Positions 1 through 13,892 are shown, counted from the stretch's first letter. The stretch: DNA of 64,000 nt from Candidatus Pampinifervens sinense (GCA_037927135.1 JAXSPP010000001.1:192001-256000); one strand, 5' to 3'. The notes: generated from the letters alone by a model not told the origin. Made by a program: numbers and translations.

Positions 1-1
1 C

Positions 2-283
2 GGTTGTAGTACAACAGATGGCAAAGCCTTTTTAATAAACAACTTTTCCTGCACACCCATAGCTGAAGGTAAGGAGGTGCCTGTAAGGGAGGTTCAAGAG
101 GCAATCTATCGTGTGCGGGTGGTTGGTGAAGATTGTATAGCTTACATAAGAGCTAAGAAAAAAGTTAAGGTTTTATATACAAGGGATTATGGATCCTACC
201 ACGATGTGGGTATAAAAACCGATGAGGATACTATAAGGGATATTAGGACTATGGGCTGTGTTAAAAGCGTAGAAAGAGAATAA
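2..283 (+). CDS. Hypothetical protein, 5'-truncated by window edge
   Basis: The frame of ORF 77..283 is open back to position 2 (GCSTTDGKAFLINN...). No recognisable family. Confidence 0.55.
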   Translation, partial: GCSTTDGKAFLINNFSCTPIAEGKEVPVREVQEAIYRVRVVGEDCIAYIRAKKKVKVLYTRDYGSYHDVGIKTDEDTIRDIRTMGCVKSVERE

Positions 284-433
284 ATAACTAAAAAATCGCT
301 TTATAAAGGAGTAGGAAAAACTTAAACGAGCTAATTTTGAGCATATTCTGTTAAAAATTTGTGCAAGAAGGGTGAGTTAAAGTGTCGTTTTTCATAGAAA
401 AAAGGAAAATCAAGGGGATAAAAACTATAATAC

Positions 434-449
434 TGGCACAAAAATTGCA
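434..449 (+). promoter_or_regulatory. Sigma54 (-24/-12) promoter of aioBA
   Basis: TGGCAC-AAAAA-TTGCA is a perfect match to TGGCAC-N5-TTGCW, 37 nt upstream of the aioB ATG. Confidence 0.85.
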
Positions 450-485
450 ATAAAGGATAGTGGAAAAAATCAGGAGGTGTAAGTT

Positions 486-1001
486 ATGAAAAAACAGAGG
501 TCTAAATGTGGTATTTCTCTGGATAGGAGAGACTTTTTAAAACTTTCTGGAGCTACAACCTTTTTGGTGGGTGCATCAGCTGGTAAGGCGCGGGCCTTCT
601 ATGCTCCCTCCTTGCCTTACAAGAGAGTAAAGGTGGCAAATATCAAAGACCTCAAAGAGGATCAGCCTGTCCTCTTTAACTATCCTGATGAGTCAAGTCC
701 TGCCATACTGGTAAAGCTAGGAAAGGAAGCCATCGGAGGTGTTGGACCACAAAGGGATATTGTGGCCTTTTCCGCCCTTTGTACACATCAAGGCTGTCCT
801 GTGAGCTATGAAAAGAAGAGGTTTATCTGCAGATGCCATTACAGCATGTTTGACCCAGCAAAGAATGGACAGACATATCAAGGGCATGCCTCACAGTGGC
901 TACCGCAGATCATCTTAAGGTTTGAGCCTACCACAGGAGATATATATGCGGAAGGTATTGAAGGCCTTATCTGGGGCAGAGCAAAGAACATCATCAAATA
1001 A
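486..1001 (+). CDS. aioB: Arsenite oxidase small (Rieske) subunit
   Basis: Tat motif DRRDFLK; Rieske motifs CTHQGC and CRCH; GGVGPQRDIVAFS segment; directly precedes the large subunit. Confidence 0.95.
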   Translation: MKKQRSKCGISLDRRDFLKLSGATTFLVGASAGKARAFYAPSLPYKRVKVANIKDLKEDQPVLFNYPDESSPAILVKLGKEAIGGVGPQRDIVAFSALCTHQGCPVSYEKKRFICRCHYSMFDPAKNGQTYQGHASQWLPQIILRFEPTTGDIYAEGIEGLIWGRAKNIIK

Positions 1002-1017
1002 AAAAGGAGGTAAAACC

Positions 1018-3633
1018 ATGGCTTTGTTCGCAAGAAAGGACCAAATACCTATACCACCAAAAAATGCAGAAAAGTATACCACTGTTTGTCAGTATTGCAA
1101 TGTGGGCTGTGGTTATGATGTTTACGTTTGGCCAGTAGGGAAAGATGGAGGACCAAAACCCAACGAAAACGCTCTAGGAATTGATTTTACAAAACAACAG
1201 CAGGCTTTGGTAGGTCAATCCATCATAGAAAACATGCACTCTGTGATAATAAAAAATGGCAAGCCTCACCATGTGTTGATCATTCCCTCTAAGGATTCAC
1301 CCATAAACAGAGGAAATTACTCTATAAGGGGTGGCACAAACGCCCAGACTACATACTCTCCTACAAAGCCTACAAGGGCAAGGCTACACCATCCTATGAT
1401 AAGGGTGGGTGATGAGTTCATGCCTGTAAGCTGGGATGAGGCCATAGACCTTATAGCGAGGGTTGTAAAGGGTGTAAAGGATACCTATGGTCCAGACTCT
1501 ATAGCCATGAAGATACACGACCATGGTGGCTCTGGTTCTGGCTTTGAAGACAACTGGGCAGTTGGTAAGTTCTTCTTTGTGGCTGTAGGTACAAGGATGC
1601 TATCTATCCACAATAGGCCCGCTTACAATTCAGAAGTTTGGGGTCAAAGGGAAAGGGGCGTACATGAACTAAATTACACTTATGAGGATGCAAGGCTTGC
1701 GGATACCATAGTTCTGTGGGGTGCCAACTCCTTTGAAACAGCTACAGTATTCTACACAGAGCATATGCTAGCCAACTTCCAAGGAGCAACGGTTGAAGAA
1801 AAGAAGAAGGAATTTTTGAAGGGTGAGCCCATAGAGCCTACGAGGATGATCATAATAGACCCAAGGAGGACAGCAAGCGTAACGGTGGCAGAAGCCATAG
1901 ACAAGAGCAGGGTACTCCATCTTCGTCCAAACCTTGGAACGGACTACGTTTTGGCCAATGCTATAGCAAGGGCAGTTTGGGAAAAGGGCTGGCATGATGA
2001 AAAATTCATTAAGGAAAGAACAGACCTCAAAACCTTTGAAGACTATAAAAAGAAGTCTCTTATGTTAGATGTGCCCTACGATGAGTTTATGAGGAGGGTG
2101 GAAAAGCTCACCGGTGTCTCAAGGGCAGATATAGAAAAGGCTGCCGAATGGATAGCAAAGCCGAAGGCTGGAGGGTTTAGAAGAAGGACACTCATCATCT
2201 ATGAAAAGGGTGTCATATGGAACTATAAGAACTACGACACAATAGCAGCCATAGCCCAGCTTGCAGCCTTGACAGGAAACTACGGAAAGCCTGGAACAGG
2301 ATGTGGAAGGCAGGGAGGACACCAAGAAGGTTATGTAAGACCTCATAGCAAATCAAGGGCAAAGCTTGTAGGTTCCATATACGCAGGAGGACCTCCACCC
2401 AATGTGGATGAATATGTTAAGAATGACCTTAGGGCCAAAGTCTACTTCGTATCCGGAACAGACCCATACCTTTCTACGCCAAACGCTCAGGAGTATAAGA
2501 AAAGGGTGCATGAGAGGACCTTCGCTCTTACTAAGTACCTTTCAGAGTATGCTGGCTTTGCAGGAGAGCCAGCAGGATCAGAGGAGAGAGCAAAACGCAT
2601 ACTTGAAGGACTTGCCAAAACGGATGGACTCTTCCTTGTGGTCATAAATATGTATGAAACGGAAATAGGAAGGGATGCTCATGTGATACTTCCTGCAGCT
2701 GGATGGGGTGAAACACCCACCACTTATATAAACTGCAACAGCAGGCTCTTGAGGATAGCTGATCAGTTTATGGACCCACCCGGGGATGCAAAGCCAGACT
2801 GGTGGATATGGGGAAGGATAGCTACAAGGATGAAAGAGCTTTACGAAGCGGAAGGAAACTTTGAAGAGGCAAAGTACTGCTCTGGAATGGACTGGAAGAC
2901 TGCAGAGGAGGTATTCTTGGACGGTGCGAGCGAGTTTCCAGACAACAGGGTGCCAGAAGAAGATGAAGCCTTACTTCCTGCAGAGTGCTATAAGGGTGTT
3001 ACCTACGAATACCTAAGGAAGGTAGGACAGAAAGGTATACAGGTTCCAGTAAGGATAGATCCTAAGACGGGTCAATTGGTTGGTACAAAGAGAAGGTATG
3101 TTCACAAGTTTGGCACACCCGATGGAAAGTTCAAGTGGTACGGTACTGATCCATGGGATCCTGACCCCATGAAGTTCTATCCACCTCAAATCACAAAGTA
3201 CTTCAAAGATGGTAATGACAAGAAGTTCCCCTTCTGGTTTACCAACGGAAGGACACAGATAATCTGGCAAACAGGCTATCACGATAGATATCTGCCGGAA
3301 AAGGTCTACAGCCTACCACTACCTTACATAGAGATAAACCCAGTAGATGCGGAAAAGCTTGGTATAAAGAGTGGAGACCTTGTGGAAGTGTATAACTTAG
3401 AAGGAAATGTGGTAGCCCTAGCCATCGTAAACGATGCACCACCTCCCGGAATGGTCTTTGGGCTCATGTACAGATGGAAGGAGTCTTTAAACCACCTCAC
3501 TACCAGCTACACCGATCCGAAGACCACCATACCCTGGTATAAAGCTTCAAGGGTTGGCATAAGGAAGCTAAAGGGAAGCCTAGAAAGCGTTCTAAAGTAC
3601 ACCTCCCTTCTCCCCAACAACGACTTCACCTGA
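1018..3633 (+). CDS. aioA: Arsenite oxidase large molybdopterin subunit
   Basis: CQYCNVGCG [3Fe-4S] motif, SIRGG, HNRPAYNSE, YEKG and GGHQEG. Start placed at ATG 1018 after AAGGAGG. Confidence 0.96.
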   Translation: MALFARKDQIPIPPKNAEKYTTVCQYCNVGCGYDVYVWPVGKDGGPKPNENALGIDFTKQQQALVGQSIIENMHSVIIKNGKPHHVLIIPSKDSPINRGNYSIRGGTNAQTTYSPTKPTRARLHHPMIRVGDEFMPVSWDEAIDLIARVVKGVKDTYGPDSIAMKIHDHGGSGSGFEDNWAVGKFFFVAVGTRMLSIHNRPAYNSEVWGQRERGVHELNYTYEDARLADTIVLWGANSFETATVFYTEHMLANFQGATVEEKKKEFLKGEPIEPTRMIIIDPRRTASVTVAEAIDKSRVLHLRPNLGTDYVLANAIARAVWEKGWHDEKFIKERTDLKTFEDYKKKSLMLDVPYDEFMRRVEKLTGVSRADIEKAAEWIAKPKAGGFRRRTLIIYEKGVIWNYKNYDTIAAIAQLAALTGNYGKPGTGCGRQGGHQEGYVRPHSKSRAKLVGSIYAGGPPPNVDEYVKNDLRAKVYFVSGTDPYLSTPNAQEYKKRVHERTFALTKYLSEYAGFAGEPAGSEERAKRILEGLAKTDGLFLVVINMYETEIGRDAHVILPAAGWGETPTTYINCNSRLLRIADQFMDPPGDAKPDWWIWGRIATRMKELYEAEGNFEEAKYCSGMDWKTAEEVFLDGASEFPDNRVPEEDEALLPAECYKGVTYEYLRKVGQKGIQVPVRIDPKTGQLVGTKRRYVHKFGTPDGKFKWYGTDPWDPDPMKFYPPQITKYFKDGNDKKFPFWFTNGRTQIIWQTGYHDRYLPEKVYSLPLPYIEINPVDAEKLGIKSGDLVEVYNLEGNVVALAIVNDAPPPGMVFGLMYRWKESLNHLTTSYTDPKTTIPWYKASRVGIRKLKGSLESVLKYTSLLPNNDFT

Positions 3634-3634
3634 T

Positions 3635-3660
3635 AGGGGGCCCCGCCCCCCTTTATTTTT
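3635..3660 (+). terminator. Intrinsic terminator after aioA
   Basis: GGGGGC-CCC-GCCCCC hairpin followed by TTTATTTTT. Confidence 0.7.
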
Positions 3661-3705
3661 ATTCTCTTCTTTACCAAACCTTCTCAAAGGGATTATTATA
3701 TTCTC

Positions 3706-7543
<3,838 letters not shown>

Positions 7544-7573
7544 AGGAATAAATATAGTGCTATAATAATTGCC

Positions 7574-7993
7574 ATGAAGGAACTACACCATCCCCATAAA
7601 GATGATGCCCTTGAGGTTTTAAAGAATGCAAAGGTGGTGGCCGTAGTAGGCATATCTCCAGATAAGGAAAGACCCTCTTATTATGTGAGCGAGAGGGTGA
7701 TAGCTAAAGGGCTTCACAAGATCTATTTTGTAAATCCAAAGTACGCAGACCAGGAGATATTAGGTATAAAGGTCCTCTCCTCCCTTGAAGAGATACCAGA
7801 ACCGGTGGATATAGTTAACGTTTTTAGAAACCCAGCCCATATAGAACCTATTGTTCAAGAGGCTATTAAGATAGGTGCCAAGTGTGTATGGCTACAGCCT
7901 GGCTGTGAAAACATGGAGGTGATTGAAAGATATAAAGATAAGATAAAGATAGTGTGGGATGCTTGTATAGGTGTGGAAGCTGGCTACCTTTAG
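7574..7993 (+). CDS. CoA-binding domain protein (YccU-like)
   Basis: VAVVGISPDKERPSY, VDIVNVFR and VWLQPG. Start moved to ATG 7574. Confidence 0.85.
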   Translation: MKELHHPHKDDALEVLKNAKVVAVVGISPDKERPSYYVSERVIAKGLHKIYFVNPKYADQEILGIKVLSSLEEIPEPVDIVNVFRNPAHIEPIVQEAIKIGAKCVWLQPGCENMEVIERYKDKIKIVWDACIGVEAGYL

Positions 7994-9051
7994 AAGACAA
8001 CCAGCTTGTCCGCGTGTATAACCTCTTCAATGTTGGTCTTAAGCTTTCTCTTTACCTCTTCTCCCTTGCTACCCATTATCTTCTTTATTTCTTCGGAGGA
8101 GAAGTTTGTCTTACCTTTGCCCACTAGAAAACCGGCAGGGTTGTAAAGAACAACCACATCACCCCTTTGAAAGACACCTTCCACTCTAAAAACGCCCGCT
8201 GGCAAAAGGCTCTTTCCTTGTTTTATAGCCCTGTAAGCACCCTCATCAATGTAGAGTGCTCCTTTAGGCTCCTCAAGCATAGCGAGGGCTTTTTTCCCTT
8301 CCCTCAGAGGCTTTGAAGAAGCTTTAAAATATGTCCCCTTTGTCCTCCCATCAACTATATCAAGAAGACTGTCTTCCTTACCGGTTATAACCACAGGAAT
8401 ACCTAGCTTTGTAGCAATACGGGTAGCAGTTATCTTGCTTAGCATACCACCCGTTCCAAACTCCGAATTTACTCCCTTTACCAGGTGTAAAACGCCATCA
8501 ATATCTTCCACAAAAGGTACTATATTTCCCCCCTCATCCAGAAGACCACCTGCCGTAGAGAAGATAACTACTAGCTTTGCATTCATCATGTAAGCTGTGT
8601 AGATTGCGAGGTAATCATTATCTCCAAAAAGGAGCTCTGATATGGCTACAGTATCGTTCTCATTTATTATAGGAACAATGCCCAAAGACAACATACTACT
8701 AAGGGCGTTCTTTGTATTTTGAAACTTTACCTTGTCTCTGAAGATGTCTGCAGTAAGAAGTGCTTGACCTACAGTCAAGCCATAGTTGGAAAAAACCATA
8801 TCGTAAATATGCATGAGATAGGCTTGGCCCACACCAGCTACAGCCTGTTTAACGTTTAAATCTCTAGGTCTTTCCTTCAAACCGAGCTTTTTGACACCAC
8901 AAAGCACTGCGCCCGATGAAACGATTAGAATGTCTACATTTCTCTCCCTAAGAATTTTTATCTCATTGGCTAGCCTGGAGAGAAAAGCTAAATCTATATC
9001 ACTTTTATGTGTTTGTATAAGGTTGGAACCTATCTTTACAACTAGCAGCAT
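7990..9051 (-). CDS. proB: Glutamate 5-kinase
   Basis: VVKIGS, VSSGAV, INENDTV, FGDND, GTGGMLSK and a PUA domain. Start at MLLVVKIG. Confidence 0.95.
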   Translation of the reverse strand: MLLVVKIGSNLIQTHKSDIDLAFLSRLANEIKILRERNVDILIVSSGAVLCGVKKLGLKERPRDLNVKQAVAGVGQAYLMHIYDMVFSNYGLTVGQALLTADIFRDKVKFQNTKNALSSMLSLGIVPIINENDTVAISELLFGDNDYLAIYTAYMMNAKLVVIFSTAGGLLDEGGNIVPFVEDIDGVLHLVKGVNSEFGTGGMLSKITATRIATKLGIPVVITGKEDSLLDIVDGRTKGTYFKASSKPLREGKKALAMLEEPKGALYIDEGAYRAIKQGKSLLPAGVFRVEGVFQRGDVVVLYNPAGFLVGKGKTNFSSEEIKKIMGSKGEEVKRKLKTNIEEVIHADKLVVF

Positions 9052-9097
9052 AATTCGGACTAAATTATAATATAATATGAAGGGAAGGGGGAAATAG

Positions 9098-10009
9098 ATG
9101 TTGCAAAGTTTAAGAGGTATACTATGGGAGAAAGGTTTTAGAAGACCATCATTAAAACTTCCATACCTTTCTTTAAGAAACATATCTAGAAAGAGTATAA
9201 TAGGTTTACATCTAACAAATAGCAGGATAAGGATCCTTGGCTTGAAAGGAGATAAAACGCTGCTTTTTGAACCTGTAGAGGTTACCTTTAAAAACGATAG
9301 GGCAAAGGTTTTAAAAGAACTAGTAGATAGATATAAACTTAGAGGTTATGATGTTATTGCAAGCCTTTCAGTAAATGAAGGTCTTATGAAGTTTTACACA
9401 TATCCTTCAGCTTTGAGTAAGAAGGATCTTGAAAATGCTATAGAATGGGCTATAAAAAGGGAATTGGTAACCTTGAAGGAGGAAGCTTATTATGACTATC
9501 ATATAATTGACTCCTTAGGGGATCCTAGAAAGTTAGGAGTTATAGCTGTTATAGCCCGTAAAGAAACGGTGGAAAGTGTTAAAAAAACTATACAAGATGC
9601 AGGATTAAATTTAAAAATACTTGATTATGAGGTCCTTGCTATAATAAACTATGGACTATATAATAAACTTCCATTGCCTTTCTCCATATTGCACGTGGAT
9701 TATGATTACTCTATTCTTGTAAGCTATTCGCAATCTAGCATTAATTATTATGTGGGTCAGTGGAGTTTAGCAGAATACTTGGAAACAAAAAATGAGGAAT
9801 CATTTGATTCTTTTATTTCTGAAATATTAAATTTAGTTGTTCTTAATAACATAACTAGCTTATACATAGCAGGCCCTGTTTTACTTTATGAAGATGTAAC
9901 CACACGGATTATGGAGAACGTTCCCATTTTTGGTTTGCTCGATCTTGAAAGCATCCCCTCCAATTTCTTTATAGCACACAGCCTTTGCATAAGGGGGTTA
10001 GAAGGATGA
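9098..10009 (+). CDS. pilM: Type IV pilus assembly protein PilM (divergent)
   Basis: PilM-like segments (AIEWAI...YYDYHII...AGLNLKILDYE); first gene of the pilMNO-Q array. Confidence 0.7.
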   Translation: MLQSLRGILWEKGFRRPSLKLPYLSLRNISRKSIIGLHLTNSRIRILGLKGDKTLLFEPVEVTFKNDRAKVLKELVDRYKLRGYDVIASLSVNEGLMKFYTYPSALSKKDLENAIEWAIKRELVTLKEEAYYDYHIIDSLGDPRKLGVIAVIARKETVESVKKTIQDAGLNLKILDYEVLAIINYGLYNKLPLPFSILHVDYDYSILVSYSQSSINYYVGQWSLAEYLETKNEESFDSFISEILNLVVLNNITSLYIAGPVLLYEDVTTRIMENVPIFGLLDLESIPSNFFIAHSLCIRGLEG

Positions 10010-10650
10010 TTAAAATAAACCTTCTAAGAGGTGAAAAGAAGAAAAAGTCTGTAAGTATTGATTTATCCGCTTTAAAAACTGTTAAGATTCAGGATCTTTT
10101 TAAAATAGGTTCGTTGTACTATGCTGGTGGATTTCTTTGGTTAGTTACACTTTTGATTTTAGGTTATTACTTCAAACTGAATCAAGAAAAAAAGGAGCTA
10201 AGCTTAAAATTGGAAGAGCTTAACATGGAAAGGCTAAAGCTTCAGGCGCAAGCAAAAAGATTTTCTGAAGAAAAGAAATTATTAGAGGGAGAGATAGAAC
10301 GTTTAAAAGCGCAAATACAGGATATAGATAGAGGTAAAGATATAATACTTGGTCTAAAATCCTACCATTATCCATTTAACAAAAGTCTTGATGCTTACAT
10401 CATGTCTTTACCTAGAGTTTCTTGGATAAGCAATTATAAACAGAGCTTGGATATTAGCACACAAACTGTAAAATCAGAACTGGTTATAAACACTTTTGAT
10501 TATCAAAGTCTTGGTGTTTATGGCAGATTGATAAAAGCCACCTCACAAAAAATAGCTATAAGCCCTGTAGAAAGAAAGACAACACCCAGTGGGTTTGAGT
10601 ATTACACCGCCAAACTTTCCATAGAGAAGCCTATTCAGGAGGGGAGATAG
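10006..10650 (+). CDS. pilN: Type IV pilus assembly protein PilN
   Basis: N-terminal MIKINLL motif, one TM helix and a coiled coil. Confidence 0.75.
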   Translation: MIKINLLRGEKKKKSVSIDLSALKTVKIQDLFKIGSLYYAGGFLWLVTLLILGYYFKLNQEKKELSLKLEELNMERLKLQAQAKRFSEEKKLLEGEIERLKAQIQDIDRGKDIILGLKSYHYPFNKSLDAYIMSLPRVSWISNYKQSLDISTQTVKSELVINTFDYQSLGVYGRLIKATSQKIAISPVERKTTPSGFEYYTAKLSIEKPIQEGR

Positions 10651-10652
10651 TT

Positions 10653-11348
10653 ATGGAAAATATAAAGACACAGTTTAAAAATCTTCCAACTTGGCAGAAG
10701 TACTTTCTAATAATAGGCTTACCTATTTTTGTTTCCTTATACATCTGGTTTATACTCATATCACCATTAATGGATGAAATAAACAGATTGAAACTAGAAA
10801 AGGATCAGGCAGAACGGGAAATAGCAAACCTAAAGAACAGCATGAGACCGGCTGTGTTGAACAATTTAAGAAGGGAAAAGGAAAGGTTAGAACAGGAGTA
10901 TGAGCAAAGATATAAAGAGCTAACAAGTATGGTGGGAGAGATTCCAACGGAAGGTGATGTACCAAAGATAATAAGAAATATAGGCAGTTTAGCTATGAAA
11001 AGTAGGGTGGTTATATTAAACCTTCAGATGTCCTCTCCTCAAAAGGTAAGTTATGAGCTTATACAAGAGGGTAACAGAAAGGTGGTCAAAGAAGTGCAAC
11101 AGCAACAACAAACTCAACAAAAACAACAGAAGCAACAGCAAAAACAAACACAAGGTGTATCCTTTTTAAGAAGTGAGATGAAGATAGTAGCGTCTGGTTC
11201 TTACAATTCTATAAGAAAATTTCTAGATATGCTTGCTAGAGAAGGGGTAGTATCTTATCCATCTAATATAGTTTTAACGCCTGAAGAAGGTAACAAGGTA
11301 AAGGCAGAGATTACACTATTCTTAATAATGAAAGAGGAGGGACAGTGA
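10653..11348 (+). CDS. pilO: Type IV pilus assembly protein PilO
   Basis: N-terminal TM, coiled coil, IPTEGDVP and GSYNSIRKFL; contains a Gln-rich insert. Confidence 0.8.
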   Translation: MENIKTQFKNLPTWQKYFLIIGLPIFVSLYIWFILISPLMDEINRLKLEKDQAEREIANLKNSMRPAVLNNLRREKERLEQEYEQRYKELTSMVGEIPTEGDVPKIIRNIGSLAMKSRVVILNLQMSSPQKVSYELIQEGNRKVVKEVQQQQQTQQKQQKQQQKQTQGVSFLRSEMKIVASGSYNSIRKFLDMLAREGVVSYPSNIVLTPEEGNKVKAEITLFLIMKEEGQ

Positions 11349-11566
11349 TGAGGTATATAGTATGTTTAGCATTGATAAGTTTGTCCTATGCACAAAGCGT
11401 TTTTCAAAACCTTGAGGGTGTAGTAGGATATATAGTGATAGAAAAGAAGGGGAAGGTGGAAAACTACCTTGTGGTAGAAGAAAAAAACGGCTCTGTAAAA
11501 ACCCTAAAAGTGGACCGTAAACCTGCCGATTTTCTAAAAAGGGTAGAGGAAGGAGGGAAGAAATGA
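11345..11566 (+). CDS. Small secreted protein in the PilP position
   Basis: Signal-peptide-like N-terminus; overlapping start/stop codons with pilO and pilQ. Confidence 0.55.
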   Translation: MMRYIVCLALISLSYAQSVFQNLEGVVGYIVIEKKGKVENYLVVEEKNGSVKTLKVDRKPADFLKRVEEGGKK

Positions 11567-13281
11567 GAAAGGCTCTTTATCTGTTTTTGCTGTTACTAAT
11601 TGTGCACGTCTCCCAGGCACAGATAATCAGAGAGATGAAGTTTGAGAACGTAAAGCTGGAAACGGTGCTAAAGGCTTTGGCAGAAGTATCCCAGATGAAC
11701 CTTGTCTTTGATCCGGCTATCTCTCAAGACCTTCAAAAAACGGTAAGTGTAGCCATATACAAACCTGTACCTGTAGGAGAAGCTTTTAATATCATTCTGA
11801 AGGAGAACAATCTTATAGCTGTAGCGGTAGATAGGAAGGTTTATCGTATTACAAAAGCCGGAAGCATAACTGTAAATGTAGCCGGACTGGAGGAAAGAGA
11901 GATAAGAGAGATAATAAACTTTTTAAAGGCAAGAGTAAGTTCTTCTGCGGAGATAGTATGGGATAAAACTTTACAGACTATATATGTAAGGGACGAAGAG
12001 GCGAATATAAAAAGACTTGAACCTGTCTTAAAAGACTACAGAAGGCTTGCACAAGCTTTAGTGCCAAGAGAAGAGGTACAGACAAAAGTTTTTTATTTAA
12101 GATTCATAGATTTAGATGAGGCAGAAAGGAGGATAAAGCCTCATATCTCTCAAGACACTCTTATTACGAAGGCTTACGATTTTAACGCCTTAGTTATAAG
12201 GGATACACCAAAAAAGTTGGAAGAATACGAAAGGATACTAAAGCCTTATTTAACTACTACACCTACGGAAAGAAAACCTGTCACGAAGATCTTTTACCTT
12301 AAGTATGTAAGCCCAGAAGAGTTCATAAAGATGATAGAGCCTTATAGGTCAGAGGTCGGAATGGTCTTAAGCGGTGGCGTGGAAAGGCCCACACAACCAC
12401 AAACACCACAACAACCACAACAGCAAACTGCTCCAACTCCCATAATAAGAGAATTTAACGCTGTAATGATCACGGATTACCCAGATGTTCTACAGAGAAT
12501 AAAAGAAATTTTTAAAGAATACATAAGCGAAACACCAGTGAGGATAGCTATAGAAGCCCGCATTGTAGAGATATCTTCTGAAGCTTTAAGAGAACTTGGT
12601 ATAAATTGGAATGTTCTTCTGTCTCAGGCAAGTGTGCCACAATTTTGGCAAGGGGGTATAAGCACCAATATGGGCTTGCCCCCAAACCCTGCAGGATCAC
12701 CCCTTTTAGTGCCTGGTCCTTCGCCAAACCCCGGTGGCCTTTTTGTGTTTACTTATCAAAGGGGTATGTTAAATGCCCTCAATCTTAGAATTTCTGCCCT
12801 TGAAAGGATAAATAAGGCAAGAAGTATAGCAAAGCCTATGGTGGTAGCCATAAATGGACAAAAGGCTACCATAAGGCAAGGAATACAAGTACCCTATTTG
12901 ACCGCTTCACCAGGACCTGGAGCTACCGCTGTTCAAAATGTCCAGTTTAAAGACGTTGTTTTGGAACTAGATGTGACACCAATAGTGTCTCCAGATGGAA
13001 GGATTTTGATAGATTTAGCTTTGAGAAGAGACACGCTTGGTGTGCAAACGCCTCAAGGACCAGCTATAAATACAAGGGAGGTAAAGACAAAGATAATAGT
13101 AGAAAGTGGCCAAACCGCTGTGCTAGGGGGTATAATAGATAGTCAAGATAGTCAGACCAATGAAGGTCTGCCTGGCCTTATAAGAGTGCCAATTCTCAAG
13201 TATCTCTTTGGTCAAGAGAGGATAAACACAGCCGACAGGGAACTTTTAATATTCATTACTCCCACTCTGCTAACCCAATGA
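11563..13281 (+). CDS. pilQ: Type IV pilus secretin PilQ
   Basis: Repeated secretin N domains, IEARIVE, LGINW, LELDVTP, GGII, PGLIRVPILKYLF and ELLIFITP. Confidence 0.9.
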   Translation: MRKALYLFLLLLIVHVSQAQIIREMKFENVKLETVLKALAEVSQMNLVFDPAISQDLQKTVSVAIYKPVPVGEAFNIILKENNLIAVAVDRKVYRITKAGSITVNVAGLEEREIREIINFLKARVSSSAEIVWDKTLQTIYVRDEEANIKRLEPVLKDYRRLAQALVPREEVQTKVFYLRFIDLDEAERRIKPHISQDTLITKAYDFNALVIRDTPKKLEEYERILKPYLTTTPTERKPVTKIFYLKYVSPEEFIKMIEPYRSEVGMVLSGGVERPTQPQTPQQPQQQTAPTPIIREFNAVMITDYPDVLQRIKEIFKEYISETPVRIAIEARIVEISSEALRELGINWNVLLSQASVPQFWQGGISTNMGLPPNPAGSPLLVPGPSPNPGGLFVFTYQRGMLNALNLRISALERINKARSIAKPMVVAINGQKATIRQGIQVPYLTASPGPGATAVQNVQFKDVVLELDVTPIVSPDGRILIDLALRRDTLGVQTPQGPAINTREVKTKIIVESGQTAVLGGIIDSQDSQTNEGLPGLIRVPILKYLFGQERINTADRELLIFITPTLLTQ

Positions 13282-13892
13282 TGAGAGTTTTGATAAAAGG
13301 AATAAATGAAGGCAACGTGGATAAGGTTTTTGAATCTTTTACCAACCTTGGCTTGAGCCCTACACCTCTTTACAGGAATCTTTCAAAGGGAATGGACCAA
13401 GTGATAATAGAATGCAAGGAAGACCAGTTTTTGAAGCTTAAGAATGACCTAAACGGCGTATGCGAAGTTATTCCGATAGAAAGCAAAGAAAGCCCTCCCC
13501 TTCCTGCCCTATCTTTAGTCTCCCTCTTTTTAGATAACCTTTTGCTTTTCTATATACTAAAACTCTCCATATACTCTTCGGATTTTAGGATTATGCTTGG
13601 CTACCTATTTTCCTCTTCAAAGTCACAAGCCTACTTTCAACTTATACTTTCTCTACTTTTGATAGTTGGCTACTACTATGCCTTTATAACAACAAAAGAA
13701 GCACCACCAATTGCCAAGTTCCTTGAAATAAGATACCCAAAAGACAAAAACTGGATAATCCTTGCCTATAGTCTTCCCCTTATAGGCCTTTATCTTATAT
13801 CCAGCGGAATACCTTTTGGAAGGCTTTTGGGCTTGGCTATGCTTTCCTTTAGCGTGGGTATATTGGTTTATTCAAGCGTGAAGTTTTCGTGA
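13278..13892 (+). CDS. Hypothetical membrane protein (about 4 TM)
   Basis: ORF coupled to the pilQ stop; hydrophobic C-terminal half. Confidence 0.6.
   Translation: MMRVLIKGINEGNVDKVFESFTNLGLSPTPLYRNLSKGMDQVIIECKEDQFLKLKNDLNGVCEVIPIESKESPPLPALSLVSLFLDNLLLFYILKLSIYSSDFRIMLGYLFSSSKSQAYFQLILSLLLIVGYYYAFITTKEAPPIAKFLEIRYPKDKNWIILAYSLPLIGLYLISSGIPFGRLLGLAMLSFSVGILVYSSVKFS

Noticed and set aside
922-1017. Upstream extension of the aioA ORF in the ORF track
   Set aside because: It overlaps aioB; the AAGGAGG before ATG 1018 marks the real start. Similar over-long starts were trimmed for proB, pilin, icd, hypD, GT4, nnr, M23 and the flavodoxin.
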